A DNA stretch of 64,000 bases, from contig CBDCYI010000005.1 of the NCBI GenBank assembly GCA_965224085.1, positions 2,112,001 to 2,176,000 on the forward strand, read 5' to 3'. How positions within the stretch are numbered: the stretch's first letter is position 1; each line of letters begins with the position of its first letter. Below are positions 52,583-62,161 of the stretch, piece by piece. A program made the position numbers and the translations under genes. This stretch comes from Candidatus Marinacidobacterales bacterium (lineage in GTDB: Bacteria > Acidobacteriota > Vicinamibacteria > Marinacidobacterales > SMYC01). Under the pieces are notes generated by a model. The model was not told where the DNA came from. It saw only the letters and a list, made by a program, of their open reading frames with translations, and made no database searches.

Positions 52583-53950
52583 TCAGATCGCCATCTCGCC
52601 CGTACTGTCGCCGAAGGTCTCGATGTCCATCCCCATTCGGCGGAGGACCGTCAACATCGCGTTCGCCATCGGGGTGCCGTCCTCCGCCTTGTGGTGGAGG
52701 TTCCCCTCGAGTTGTCCGTTCGCGTGTCCGGCAAAGAATAACGGGCATCTCTTGTGATTGTGTATGTTGGAGTTGGCCATCGGCGAGCCGTAGATGATAA
52801 GCGTCTTCTCGAGCAAGTTGGACTCGCCGTCCATCGTGTTTTCCAGCTTCTCGAGGAAGTAGGGAATCATGCTGATGTGATAGGTGTTGATCTTCGCGAA
52901 CTCTTTGATCCGCTTCTCCTGGTCGCGATGATGCGAGGCTGAATGGAATCCGGTGTTGATACCGCTATCCGGATAAACGCGTCCCGAGGCGTCGCGGCCG
53001 AGCTTGAACGAGAACACCCGCGTCACGTCCGACATGAAGGCCGCCGCCTGCAAATCGAACATGAGCTTCATGTGCTCTTCGAACGAGTCCGGAACGCCGA
53101 TGGGCGCATCGGGTAGCTCACGCTGCTCGCCACTCGTATTCTGGGCCTCGGTTTTCTGAATCCTGCGCTCGATCTCGCGCACGTTCTCGAGGTAGTTGTC
53201 GAGCCGGCGCCGATCTGTCGGGCCGAGGTCTCTTTTCACCAGTGCGACCTCGTTCGTGATCCAGTCGAGGATGCTGCTGTTGGTGCGCCGGCGCTCGGCG
53301 CGCTCTTCGGGCGTCGCGCCCTCGCCAAACATTTGATCGAAGACCACGCGGGGGTTCCGGATCATCGGCAGGGGAGCGGTGGGCGAGGCCCAGCTGATCG
53401 TGTCGGTGTAGATGCAGGAATAGCCGTAGGTGCAGCCGCCGGCCTGGTCGACGTTCTCGATCGAAAGCTGCATCGAAGGGATGGCCGTGTCCTGCCCGAA
53501 CTGCTTCGCATACAACTGATCCATCGACGTACCCGCGTATACGTCGTTGCCTTCGGTCTGCTTCGGGTGGGACTGAGTCAGGAAGACGGCGCTGGAGCGG
53601 AAATGGTCGCCGCCGATCTCGGGAAGCGAGAAGGCTTCGGCGTTGCGCACATCGGTGTTGCTTACGATGGTGAGGTATTTGCGGAACGGCTCGAGCGGCT
53701 TCAAGCTGCTCGGCGAAAGATCGAAGTCGCTCCCGACAGCCGCCGGCGCCCACATGTTCTGCTCGATACCGATCTTCGTGCTGCCGGCGGCGCCGTGGAC
53801 CATTTCTATGCACACCAGGCGCGACGGTGTCGACGTGCCATCGGCCCATGAACGGGCGGGCACCATGGCCTCGAGAAACGGCAGCGCCACCGTTGCGCCC
53901 ATGCCGCGAAGAGCTGCCCGGCGGGACATGTGCTTGTTGGTGATGTACAT
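52583..53950 (-). CDS. DUF1552 family protein (paralog)
   Basis: SRRAALRGMGATVALPFLEAM, HSASHH and GSPMANSNIHNH. Confidence 0.85.
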   Translation of the reverse strand: MYITNKHMSRRAALRGMGATVALPFLEAMVPARSWADGTSTPSRLVCIEMVHGAAGSTKIGIEQNMWAPAAVGSDFDLSPSSLKPLEPFRKYLTIVSNTDVRNAEAFSLPEIGGDHFRSSAVFLTQSHPKQTEGNDVYAGTSMDQLYAKQFGQDTAIPSMQLSIENVDQAGGCTYGYSCIYTDTISWASPTAPLPMIRNPRVVFDQMFGEGATPEERAERRRTNSSILDWITNEVALVKRDLGPTDRRRLDNYLENVREIERRIQKTEAQNTSGEQRELPDAPIGVPDSFEEHMKLMFDLQAAAFMSDVTRVFSFKLGRDASGRVYPDSGINTGFHSASHHRDQEKRIKEFAKINTYHISMIPYFLEKLENTMDGESNLLEKTLIIYGSPMANSNIHNHKRCPLFFAGHANGQLEGNLHHKAEDGTPMANAMLTVLRRMGMDIETFGDSTGEMAI

Positions 53951-53991
53951 CTCGTGTGCCTCCTAATGCAGGATCGTATCTTAGAAAATTT

Positions 53992-56427
53992 CTAAGGTTC
54001 TACCGAGCTTGTGTGCTCGTCGCGCTCCACTCGACTCGATTGAAAAGCGGCGCTATTGATGACGCCGCGAATGAAAGTGGACATGCGATAGTCTTTCGTC
54101 TTCGCTTCGCGCGCGATGGCACGCACCGTCGGCATGTCGTAATACTCGACGCGGCGGCCGAGGCCGTAAGTCAGGAGGCTCTCGGTGAAACTCATGATCA
54201 CCGCGTCCGAGTGCTTCAAGAGCGCGTCCCGGAGCCCGGCAGGCCCGTCCATGGGCGTGCCGTCATAGAGCTCGCCCGAGGGGTCGATGGGGTTCCCGGC
54301 GTCTTTGATGCGCCAGGCGCCCGTGACGTCGAAATTCTCGAGCGCGAGCCCGAGGGGATCGATGACGCGGTGGCACGACGTGCAAGCGGGGTTCGCCCGA
54401 TGAGCTTCCATCGCTTCGCGCACCGACAAAACTCTGCCCTCCGCGAGGTCTTGCGTTTCCGCGAGATCGGGAATGTTCGGTGGCGGTGGCGGCGGGGGGC
54501 TACCGAGAAGCACTTCCATGACCCATTTCCCGCGCTGCACCGGTGACGTGCGGTCCGCAATCGAAGTCAAGGTCAAGATGCTTCCGTGGCCGAGGATGCC
54601 GCGTCGCTCGGTCCCTTCGAGCGAGACGCGCCGGAACTCCGGGCCGGTGACATTCGGGAGGCCGTAATGTTTCGCGAGGCGCTCGTTGGCAAACGTGTAG
54701 TTCGCGGTCAGAAGATCGAGAGCGCTTCGATCCTCGCGTATCAAGTAGTCGAAGAACAGCTCCGTCTCGCGCTTCAAAGCCTCCGAGAGCTTCTGGTCGT
54801 ATTGCGGGTAGTGGAGGTAATCCGGATGCAACCGGTCCAGGTCTTGAAGGCGCAGCCATTGAGTGGCGAATCGCGTGGCGAGTGCATCCGCTTTTGGATC
54901 CGCCAGCATTCGGTCGACTTGATCCGAGAGCAACGCGGGGTCGGCGAGAGCGCCCTGGCTGCCGAGCATCCGGAGCTCGTCGTCCGGCGCAGAGCCCCAA
55001 AGAAAGAACGACAAGCGTGACGCTAGCTCGACGCCACCGACCCGGTAGTTTGGGCTGTCCTCGGTGGCGTCCGGCATTTGTTCGAGGCGGAAGACGAAAT
55101 GCGGGCTTGCCAAGATGGCTTGGAGGGCCGTTCGTATGCCCGCTTCGAAACCGGCTTCGTCCGCGCCTGTCTGGTAGAAGAACATCAGACCTTCCACGTC
55201 GTTCTCGTCAACGGGTCGGCGATAGGCTTGGCTCGTGAGACGCGAAACGATTTCGGTAGCGCAAGGCGCTTCGTCCCGCGCGGAGACGGGACGGCACGTG
55301 AAGATGCGGCGGCGGCTCGGCGTCTCGGAGATGCCGGTCACGTCGTGCGGGCCGTTGATGCTGAAAAAGCGCAAGTGTGGCACAGTCGTGACGCCATGCG
55401 CTTTTCCGATCGTCGTATCCGCGAGCGTGTGCTCGACGGGACGGATCAAGTCGTCGACGGGCCCTTGATAGCGCTCTATGAAGGCGGCGGAAACTCTGTG
55501 CGGACCTGCGCTTATGTGCACTGGATCGCTCTCGATCACTACGCCGTTGAGATCCGATTCGTGCATCAACGGGTCGATGTCGATAAGCGCGACGCGCACG
55601 CCGTTCACGGAAACTTCGAGCTGCTCGTTGTCACCGGCCGTCAAACCATAAAGAAAACCTGTAGGGGTGCTGTGGAGCTGGGCTTTGAAAATATAGTCGC
55701 CATCGGCGGGGAAGTTGTGCACGACGGAAAGTCCCCCGCGTGTTCCCATGGGCGCTCCTTCGACGTGCTCGACTTGAGATTCGCGTCTCGAAATCTTGTA
55801 GGTCTCTTCGGTAGCGCTCGCGAGAGGATCGCCCACGGCGTCGCGGCTGATCCGGCCCGCCGCGCGCAGGTAGCCCTCCATGAGGGTAGCTGACATCGTC
55901 TGCACGTCGGCGATGTTGTCGAAGCCGTCGCTGATCGTGTCGGGCGGCAAGAACGCCGACACGTCGACCTCGAGCGACAGCATGTCTCGAACCGCGCGTG
56001 CATATTCGGCGCGGTTGAGTCGTTGGAACGTTCTTCGTCCGGGGTTCGGATGCTCCGCGGCGTAAAGGTCGATGCCTGTTTCGAGGGACAAAGCGAAGGC
56101 TTGCGAATCCGCAGTCTCGGGTTGCGGCGCTATCGGCGGCGGCATCATCCCGAGGCGCAGCTTGCGGATGACCTTTTCGGCGACCTCCGCACTCTCTTCG
56201 GGGCGAGAAACGTCGAAAGATTCGAGCGTCAATCCCCCGGTCTGCGCGGCGTCGCTATGGCACATGAGGCAGTAATCCTCGGCCATCGCGTTCATCGCTT
56301 CCGTCGACATCATCGCGGGGGCGGTAGGGCTTTCTTTCTCGGGCTCGGCGGCTCGGGCTGCGCCGCCATCCGCAAAAAAGGCAAGGCATAAAGCTGCCGT
56401 GGCGAACGCCAAGCCAAACTTTCTCAT
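53992..56427 (-). CDS. DUF1592/DUF1588-type cytochrome c domain protein (paralog)
   Basis: CLMCH and CTSCH; RLNRAEY, LASRLSFFLW and TSPVQRGKWV. Confidence 0.85.
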   Translation of the reverse strand: MRKFGLAFATAALCLAFFADGGAARAAEPEKESPTAPAMMSTEAMNAMAEDYCLMCHSDAAQTGGLTLESFDVSRPEESAEVAEKVIRKLRLGMMPPPIAPQPETADSQAFALSLETGIDLYAAEHPNPGRRTFQRLNRAEYARAVRDMLSLEVDVSAFLPPDTISDGFDNIADVQTMSATLMEGYLRAAGRISRDAVGDPLASATEETYKISRRESQVEHVEGAPMGTRGGLSVVHNFPADGDYIFKAQLHSTPTGFLYGLTAGDNEQLEVSVNGVRVALIDIDPLMHESDLNGVVIESDPVHISAGPHRVSAAFIERYQGPVDDLIRPVEHTLADTTIGKAHGVTTVPHLRFFSINGPHDVTGISETPSRRRIFTCRPVSARDEAPCATEIVSRLTSQAYRRPVDENDVEGLMFFYQTGADEAGFEAGIRTALQAILASPHFVFRLEQMPDATEDSPNYRVGGVELASRLSFFLWGSAPDDELRMLGSQGALADPALLSDQVDRMLADPKADALATRFATQWLRLQDLDRLHPDYLHYPQYDQKLSEALKRETELFFDYLIREDRSALDLLTANYTFANERLAKHYGLPNVTGPEFRRVSLEGTERRGILGHGSILTLTSIADRTSPVQRGKWVMEVLLGSPPPPPPPNIPDLAETQDLAEGRVLSVREAMEAHRANPACTSCHRVIDPLGLALENFDVTGAWRIKDAGNPIDPSGELYDGTPMDGPAGLRDALLKHSDAVIMSFTESLLTYGLGRRVEYYDMPTVRAIAREAKTKDYRMSTFIRGVINSAAFQSSRVERDEHTSSVEP

Positions 56428-56753
56428 TCTCTGACTCCCGTCACCCGTGGCAGCCGACTCCCAAACGCGAGCATTATCATTTCGACCAGAAAACGCCCAC
56501 ACGAGGATAGAGGCTTCGGCGGCGTGGACCCTCCGTGGCCATTATCCCGCGACCATGGGTAGGTTTGTCAATCGTTGCGCGGCCGGAACCCCTTCTAAGA
56601 GAGTCAAAACTTTGTTAAATCGTTTAATTGGTATCTTTTAGAGACACTCTGCCGGCCACACGGGGTTTCTGGCTAACATTAATTGTAGGCATGGCGTGTG
56701 CGACACGTGTATATGATGGTTTCGGCTCTTCGAGCATGAAAGGAAATCTCACG

Positions 56754-57560
56754 ATGATGACAGCGAAGCGACTCGCAATAACCCTTTGCGCGGCGGTGAT
56801 TCTCTCGGCAGGTACGCTGGCGTCCGAATCTCCAGTCCTCGAGCGGATCGTCGCAAGCGGGAAGATCCGCATCGGCATGTCCGGCGACCAGGCACCTTTC
56901 AACGTCAAGAACAAGGCGGGGGAGCTCATTGGCTTTGAAGTCGACTTGGCCAATTTTGTCGCCGATGCGCTCGGCGTCGAGGTCGAGTTCGTGACGAGAG
57001 CGTTTCCTGATCTTCTGGATGCCTTGAAGGATGGGGAGGTCGACATCGTCATGTCGGGGATGACCATCACCGCGGCACGAAGTCTTGACGCGGTGTTCGT
57101 GGGGCCATACATCGTGTCGGGGAAATCCGTTCTCGCGAAATCGCGAGCGCTCGCGGGTGGCGAAACGGCTCAGGACCTCAATCGCTCCGGTATCACGGTG
57201 GCGGCGATCCGTAACTCGACGAGCGAGGCCTTTGTCAAGAAGAGGCTCGCGAATGCGAAGCTCGTCACTGTCGAGCACTACGACGACGCGATCCAAATGG
57301 TCATCAAAGACGAGATCGACGCGCTCGTCGCCGACGTGCCGGCGTGTAACCTCGCGGTGTTTCGCTATCCGGACGAAGATCTCGCTACGCTCTCCGCGCC
57401 TCTTACGGTGGAGCCCATCGGGATTGCGGTGTCGGCGAGCGAGCTGCCCCTGCAAATGCTCCTCGACAATTACGTCAGCGCCTACGAGGCTTCGGGCCTC
57501 CTCGAGATGCTGCGCGTTCAGTGGCTGGAAAAAGGCGACTGGGTAGAGTCGCTTCCGTAA
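56754..57560 (+). CDS. Amino-acid ABC transporter substrate-binding protein (family 3)
   Basis: Signal peptide; GKIRIGMSGDQAPF, GFEVDLA and DIVMSGMTITAAR. Confidence 0.85.
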   Translation: MMTAKRLAITLCAAVILSAGTLASESPVLERIVASGKIRIGMSGDQAPFNVKNKAGELIGFEVDLANFVADALGVEVEFVTRAFPDLLDALKDGEVDIVMSGMTITAARSLDAVFVGPYIVSGKSVLAKSRALAGGETAQDLNRSGITVAAIRNSTSEAFVKKRLANAKLVTVEHYDDAIQMVIKDEIDALVADVPACNLAVFRYPDEDLATLSAPLTVEPIGIAVSASELPLQMLLDNYVSAYEASGLLEMLRVQWLEKGDWVESLP

Positions 57561-57635
57561 ACCCCTTTCGAGGCAACCTTCGTTGCGGCGCCACCGTCCA
57601 AAGAACATCGGATTAGTGCGCTCAGGAGGCCTCGA

Positions 57636-57812
57636 TGTTCTCGGTTCTCATTCACGATCTACGCTACGCGATTCGCTCGCTCGCTCGCTAAAGGGCCGCT
57701 CCTTACCGGGGTGGCCATCCTCTCGCTCGCCCTCGGCATCGGTGCGAATACCGCGATCTTCACGTTGTTCGATCAAGTGCTGCTTCGGAGGCTCCCCGTC
57801 GAGGATCCGTAT
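57636..57812 (+). pseudogene. N-terminal fragment of an ADOP/MacB-type permease
   Basis: [12 protein letters not shown], then frameshifted [28 protein letters not shown]. Confidence 0.7.
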
Positions 57813-57890
57813 TCTTCGGTTCATCGCGACGCTCCTGAAAGAAGAACCACGATGCTAACTCAAAAAGCGATGTTGCCTCAATGGGCTTTG

Positions 57891-59138
57891 CTATCGCTTG
57901 GCGAAGTCCGTCTTCGTCGCCGCCAAGATATCGGATATCGCGGCGCGATCGGTCTCGGATAGGTGGGCGAAGTTTTCGCTCATGTCCTCGCCCTCGAGCA
58001 CTTCCCTAAAGCGTTGGTAGATGTAAGCCTTGACCTCGCCAGGTAGCGCGTCGAACGCCTCGGAGTAAATGAGATAGCTGCACGGATAGCGGAAAAGGCG
58101 CGTCGCGAGATCGAGCTGGCGCAGCGATCGGCCTTTCGCATCGCGCGGACCCTTTTTTACGAATGTCTCGGAAAAGTTGGAGCTGCCGGCGATGGGTGCT
58201 TCGAGCTCCGCTTCGTGGGCGAACAGCATCGCATCGACGAGCGGTTCGGCAATCTCGGCAATCTCCTTTGGGGGCTTGGACGTCGCCGCGGAGCGCGCCT
58301 GCCAGCTCACGCGCGTGATGAGATTCTGGATGTGTATCTGATGCTCGATCACCATCAAAGCTACGATGTCGCTGTGATCGCCAAGATAGGGTCCGGTATC
58401 GATGAGCTCGCTCAGGTCCGTCCGATTCGCGCCCGCCGCGAAATCCGTGCTCGCCGCGTCGCCGGGGGCGGCCGTCACGAATACGTTTCCGAGGTGCGAC
58501 TGGCTTCCGTGGGTCCCGGTGACATAGAAGCCGCCCCATCGTTTTTCGATGGGCGTCTCCTCGGTCGTGAGATACCACCCTTCGTGATAAGCCGCTCGGC
58601 CGCTCGCGTCGGGAAGGCCCGAGCCGATAATGTGGCGGGGAACGCCGCCTCCCGTCATCGAGTAGGAATCGTGACAGCGAAGGCAAAGAAACGTTTGCCG
58701 CTCGAACGCGGGACGTGCGCCCTGCGCCTGCTCGAGTGTGTAGAAGACGGCGCCGAGCTCCGGCGCCATCGTAGAGATCTCGAGACTCGGGCTTTCCTGG
58801 ACCCATGCGACATAGACGTCGTCTTTGAAGTAGATCGCGCGCGGCGTCTCGGGTGCGATGAGGCCTTTTTGAAAGCTGGTCTTCGAGAAGACGAGTATCT
58901 GCGAGTCGACGTCGATGTCGAGCTCGCGTAGGACGGAGGAAAGATAGCCGTTCGGCGCCTCGAATTTCAGTTGCGCATCGCCGGCGTCAATTCTCTGTTG
59001 CAGGCGCGCAATCGCATCCCGTGGCGCCGAAGACGCATAGCCAATCTCCGGAAATTCCTTGTCATACCGAAGCTGCGCTACCGTCGACGTCGCTGCGAGC
59101 GTGACCAAAGTGAGGGAAATAGGGAGCCGTGACGCCAT
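57891..59138 (-). CDS. Secreted protein with a single CxxCH (putative c-type cytochrome)
   Basis: Signal peptide; [20 protein letters not shown] and RWGG.YVTG. Confidence 0.75.
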   Translation of the reverse strand: MASRLPISLTLVTLAATSTVAQLRYDKEFPEIGYASSAPRDAIARLQQRIDAGDAQLKFEAPNGYLSSVLRELDIDVDSQILVFSKTSFQKGLIAPETPRAIYFKDDVYVAWVQESPSLEISTMAPELGAVFYTLEQAQGARPAFERQTFLCLRCHDSYSMTGGGVPRHIIGSGLPDASGRAAYHEGWYLTTEETPIEKRWGGFYVTGTHGSQSHLGNVFVTAAPGDAASTDFAAGANRTDLSELIDTGPYLGDHSDIVALMVIEHQIHIQNLITRVSWQARSAATSKPPKEIAEIAEPLVDAMLFAHEAELEAPIAGSSNFSETFVKKGPRDAKGRSLRQLDLATRLFRYPCSYLIYSEAFDALPGEVKAYIYQRFREVLEGEDMSENFAHLSETDRAAISDILAATKTDFAKR

Positions 59139-59159
59139 CCTCGTATCCTACTACCACGG

Positions 59160-59348
59160 CTAGGTGCCGTGGCCGGCCCAGAAAGCGGTAACGTCGTATG
59201 CCGCGACTCTCTTGGCCTTCGATGGACTAAAACGTACAAGCTGGGCCACCGGCCGGCCAGCTTTAGAGATGATGATCTCCTCCCCCGCAGCCACCCGGGC
59301 TAACAGCTTCGACAGATGTGTCTTGGCCTCGTGGATGTTGACTTCCAT
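59160..59348 (-). CDS. Phd/YefM antitoxin, probably fused by deletion to the last residues of a PIN toxin
   Basis: VNIHEAKTHLSKLL..V.AGEEIII.KAGRPVA followed by AAYDVTAFW. A GACTAAGTT direct repeat lies upstream (59360, 59372). Confidence 0.75.
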   Translation of the reverse strand: MEVNIHEAKTHLSKLLARVAAGEEIIISKAGRPVAQLVRFSPSKAKRVAAYDVTAFWAGHGT

Positions 59349-59449
59349 GTCTCATACTAGACTAAGTTTAGGACTAAGTTAAATCTAGTTTAAAAAGTAG
59401 TCGCTGCGAACGTCTCCTGGCGATGTGACCTTTTGAAGGCGGGCCGACG

Positions 59450-59798
59450 ATTCTTCGGCGTCGTGTTGTACTCGACGACGAAACGGGTAAGGGAAATCGG
59501 CATCCGGGTGGCGCTCGGTGCTCGCGCCGCCTCGGTAAGCGCTTTGATCTTGCGAAGCGGGCTCGAGCCGGTGTTGTCGGGGATCGTCGTCGGCGCGGTC
59601 GCTGCGCTCCTGCTGGCGCGAGCGATGTCGAGTCTTCTCTTCGGGGTCGCGCCTTTCGACCTTCCGACTTTCGGCTCCGTCGTCGCGCTCGTTCTCGTCG
59701 TGGCCGCCCTCGCTTGCGCGCTACCGGCGCGCTGGGTAACCCGCGTCGATCCGACGAGCGCCTCCGCACCGACTGAGCGCTTGCCAGGACCTCGGTAG
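59450..59798 (+). pseudogene. C-terminal FtsX fragment of an ADOP/MacB-type permease
   Basis: R.REIGIRVALGA...SLLFGVAPFD...ALPAR..RVDP, with no upstream gene body. Confidence 0.7.
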
Positions 59799-59823
59799 TG
59801 AACGTTGCTGCGATCGGCAACGG

Positions 59824-60098
59824 TTACCGGCGGGCCTCCCTAAGCTCTAGGTCATCGAACCAGGCGCGACCACGCGCACCTGTGTTATCGGTATCGACCA
59901 TTAGCGCCAGTGCCGTCACCATCTCCGGCGTTTCTCCAAAGAACCGCTCGAAATCTTTGATGAAATCGCGCTCCTCGTTCACCCATTGACCCGCATCCCG
60001 ATCGCCGCTCCGTAGGACCACCGTCGCGATATTGCTGGAGTAGGGGCTCGGGTACACGCGCCGACGGGCTCCTTGGCCGCCCAAACGTAGCAGACCGC
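59824..60098 (-). pseudogene. DUF3047-like C-terminal remnant cut by an IS
   Basis: YVWA...SPY...VVLRSG...GQWVNEERD...MVDTDNTG...AWFDDL. Confidence 0.6.
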
Positions 60099-61185
60099 TG
60101 CCTTGGTGCACAACTCCGATAGAGGCCGAGAGCTCGCTTGGCCCCGACTCCCATCATCCGATCATCTCGCTATCAGGCATCCCGAGCGCCGTCATGGTGT
60201 TGAGAATCTTGCACCCGATCCTTGCCTCGACTCTCTGTGCCGCCAACCCTCTCGCTCGCATCGCTGAGCCCACGATAGCCTTGTAGCGATGGAACGTTGT
60301 CTCGACTTTGCTCCGTTTGCTGTAGCCCGATTCTGTGTGCCACTTTCGTTTGCCGAGCCGAGCTTGTGCTGCAATGTTGCGATTGCGCTGTCGGCTGCTC
60401 GCCGGCCCCGATGCGAGCTGGGCGCCCTTGCGCGGCGGTATCAGCACCCTCGGCGAGCGATGAGCGCTGTGATTCTCGATTGCCTCATAGACGCCGCTGG
60501 CGTCGTATGCGGTGTCAGCTCTGGCCGATGAGATGGGACTGTCGCTCTGTCTGACAAGCGATGCAACCCGCGATGAATCGCGGGCTCTTTTGCTCGTCAG
60601 CTCGCCGGCGACGACTTCGCCAGTCTGCTCGTCGACACACAGATGGAGCTTGCGATAGTCCCTGCTATTTGGTGCTCTGCGCAGCTGGCCGGCGTGGACA
60701 GCGAGACCGCTGCTGTCGATCAAGATGTGCAACGGCGTCTTCTGCTTGTCTTGGTAGAAGGGGACCTTACCCAGCTTCGCCTTGCGCCTCGAAATCGTGG
60801 TGTGATCGGGCACATCATTGTCTAGCTTCATCAGAGCGAACAACGACCGCAGCAATCCCTCGCTCTGTCTAGATGACAGATGAAACACCATGCCCAGGGT
60901 GACAGCCGTCTCGATGGCGTGGTTCGAGTACTTGCGTTGACGGCCCGGTTTCCTCCTCCTCGGCCGGGGCGCGTCCCAGTTCACAAGCTTGCCGGCGGTG
61001 AGCGAGATCCAGACGGTCAGGCTCCCACGGTTGCGTAGACCCGCCTCATATTCACGCCAATTCCTCACGCGATAGGCCTTCTTCACATACTTCCGCTGAG
61101 TGCGTTTGAAAATGCTCATGGGGAACCTCGTATCCGCGAGTACAGGACAATTGTGGACCGAGATCGCGAGTTGTGCACCAAGGCA
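60099..61185 (-). mobile_element. IS5-family (IS903-group) element
   Basis: Perfect 18-bp IRs TGCCTTGGTGCACAACTC (60099-60116) and its complement (61168-61185). No flanking direct repeat. Confidence 0.88.
60154..61119 (-). CDS. IS5/IS903-type transposase
   Basis: YRVRNWREYEAGLRNRGSLTVW, PDHTTISRR, IDSSGL, ADTAYD and GYSKRSKVET motifs. Confidence 0.92.
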   Translation of the reverse strand: MSIFKRTQRKYVKKAYRVRNWREYEAGLRNRGSLTVWISLTAGKLVNWDAPRPRRRKPGRQRKYSNHAIETAVTLGMVFHLSSRQSEGLLRSLFALMKLDNDVPDHTTISRRKAKLGKVPFYQDKQKTPLHILIDSSGLAVHAGQLRRAPNSRDYRKLHLCVDEQTGEVVAGELTSKRARDSSRVASLVRQSDSPISSARADTAYDASGVYEAIENHSAHRSPRVLIPPRKGAQLASGPASSRQRNRNIAAQARLGKRKWHTESGYSKRSKVETTFHRYKAIVGSAMRARGLAAQRVEARIGCKILNTMTALGMPDSEMIG

Positions 61186-62161
61186 AATAGTTGACGGCAA
61201 ACGCGATGCAAAGGAACAGGGCCAAGCCGAGGCGCAACGCCTCGACACGGAGGCGAAGCAGACCATTACCGAGGCCGAGGGGCTTCTTGCGGCAACCCTT
61301 GCGGTTGACGATCGCCTCGATTGGGACGCGGAGCGCGATACGCGACAATTTAAGGCGTTCTCGTTCCCAGATCGTCCGCAGAGGCCAGCATCCAGAGACC
61401 TTGTCCTTCCACCTAAGCCCGGTCTTGGGTGGTTACTGCGAGGTCGCCTTCGAAAGTGGGAGGATGCGTGCGAGAAGCAGGAAAGCCTTCACATAGACGC
61501 GGAAGCGAAGGCGCAGGAAGACTGGAAGGAGGCCGTACGCCAATACGAAAAGGCACGGGAAGACGCTCGACAACAATACGAGAGCGACAAGGCGCAGTTC
61601 CTTAATGGACAGGAGCGTTCAAACAAGGCGCTTGCCGAGTTTAGACGGGCTTTCGAAGCTGGAGAGGTATCTGCAATCGTCGAGTACTGCTCCCGCGTTC
61701 TCGAGAGGTCGCATTATCCGGACTGGGTGGTGATGAGCAACAAGGTCGAGTTCGATGAGGACTCAGGGTTCGTAGTCGTTGATCTTGAGCTTCCCGCTGT
61801 CGAGACAACCCCTACAACAGCGGGGTACAAGTTCGTCTCCCGTGACAATAGCGCAGAACCAATCCCGCTCAAGAAGAAGGAAGCCGACGCGCTTTATGAA
61901 TCGATTCTCGACCAACTCGTCCTGAGGACGATCCATGAAATTATCGAGGCCTGCTATATTGACACGGTTAAGGGAGTACTTCTCAATGGCTGGGTGACCA
62001 GCGTCGATAGTGCAACTGGAAACGATTCCCGCCAACGCCTTCGTTCAGTTCTTGCAAACAGAGTTACCTTTGAAGCTTTCGACCTGAATCGTATCGACCC
62101 CGCCGCCTGTATTCAGCGCCTTAGTGAAGGGGTGGGTCAAGTCGAACAGGCGGACAGATGA
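61186..62161 (+). CDS. 5'-truncated protein resembling the N-terminal region of long Mrr-type 'restriction system proteins', without an Mrr catalytic domain
   Basis: Coiled coil, then VLERS.YP...LYESIL.Q.VLRTIHEI...NGWV..VD.ATG...DP.AC. The 5' end abuts the IS IR. Confidence 0.55.

Noticed and set aside
61100-61185. Start of the 353-aa ORF
   Set aside because: It lies within the IS end, so it is not the native N-terminus.
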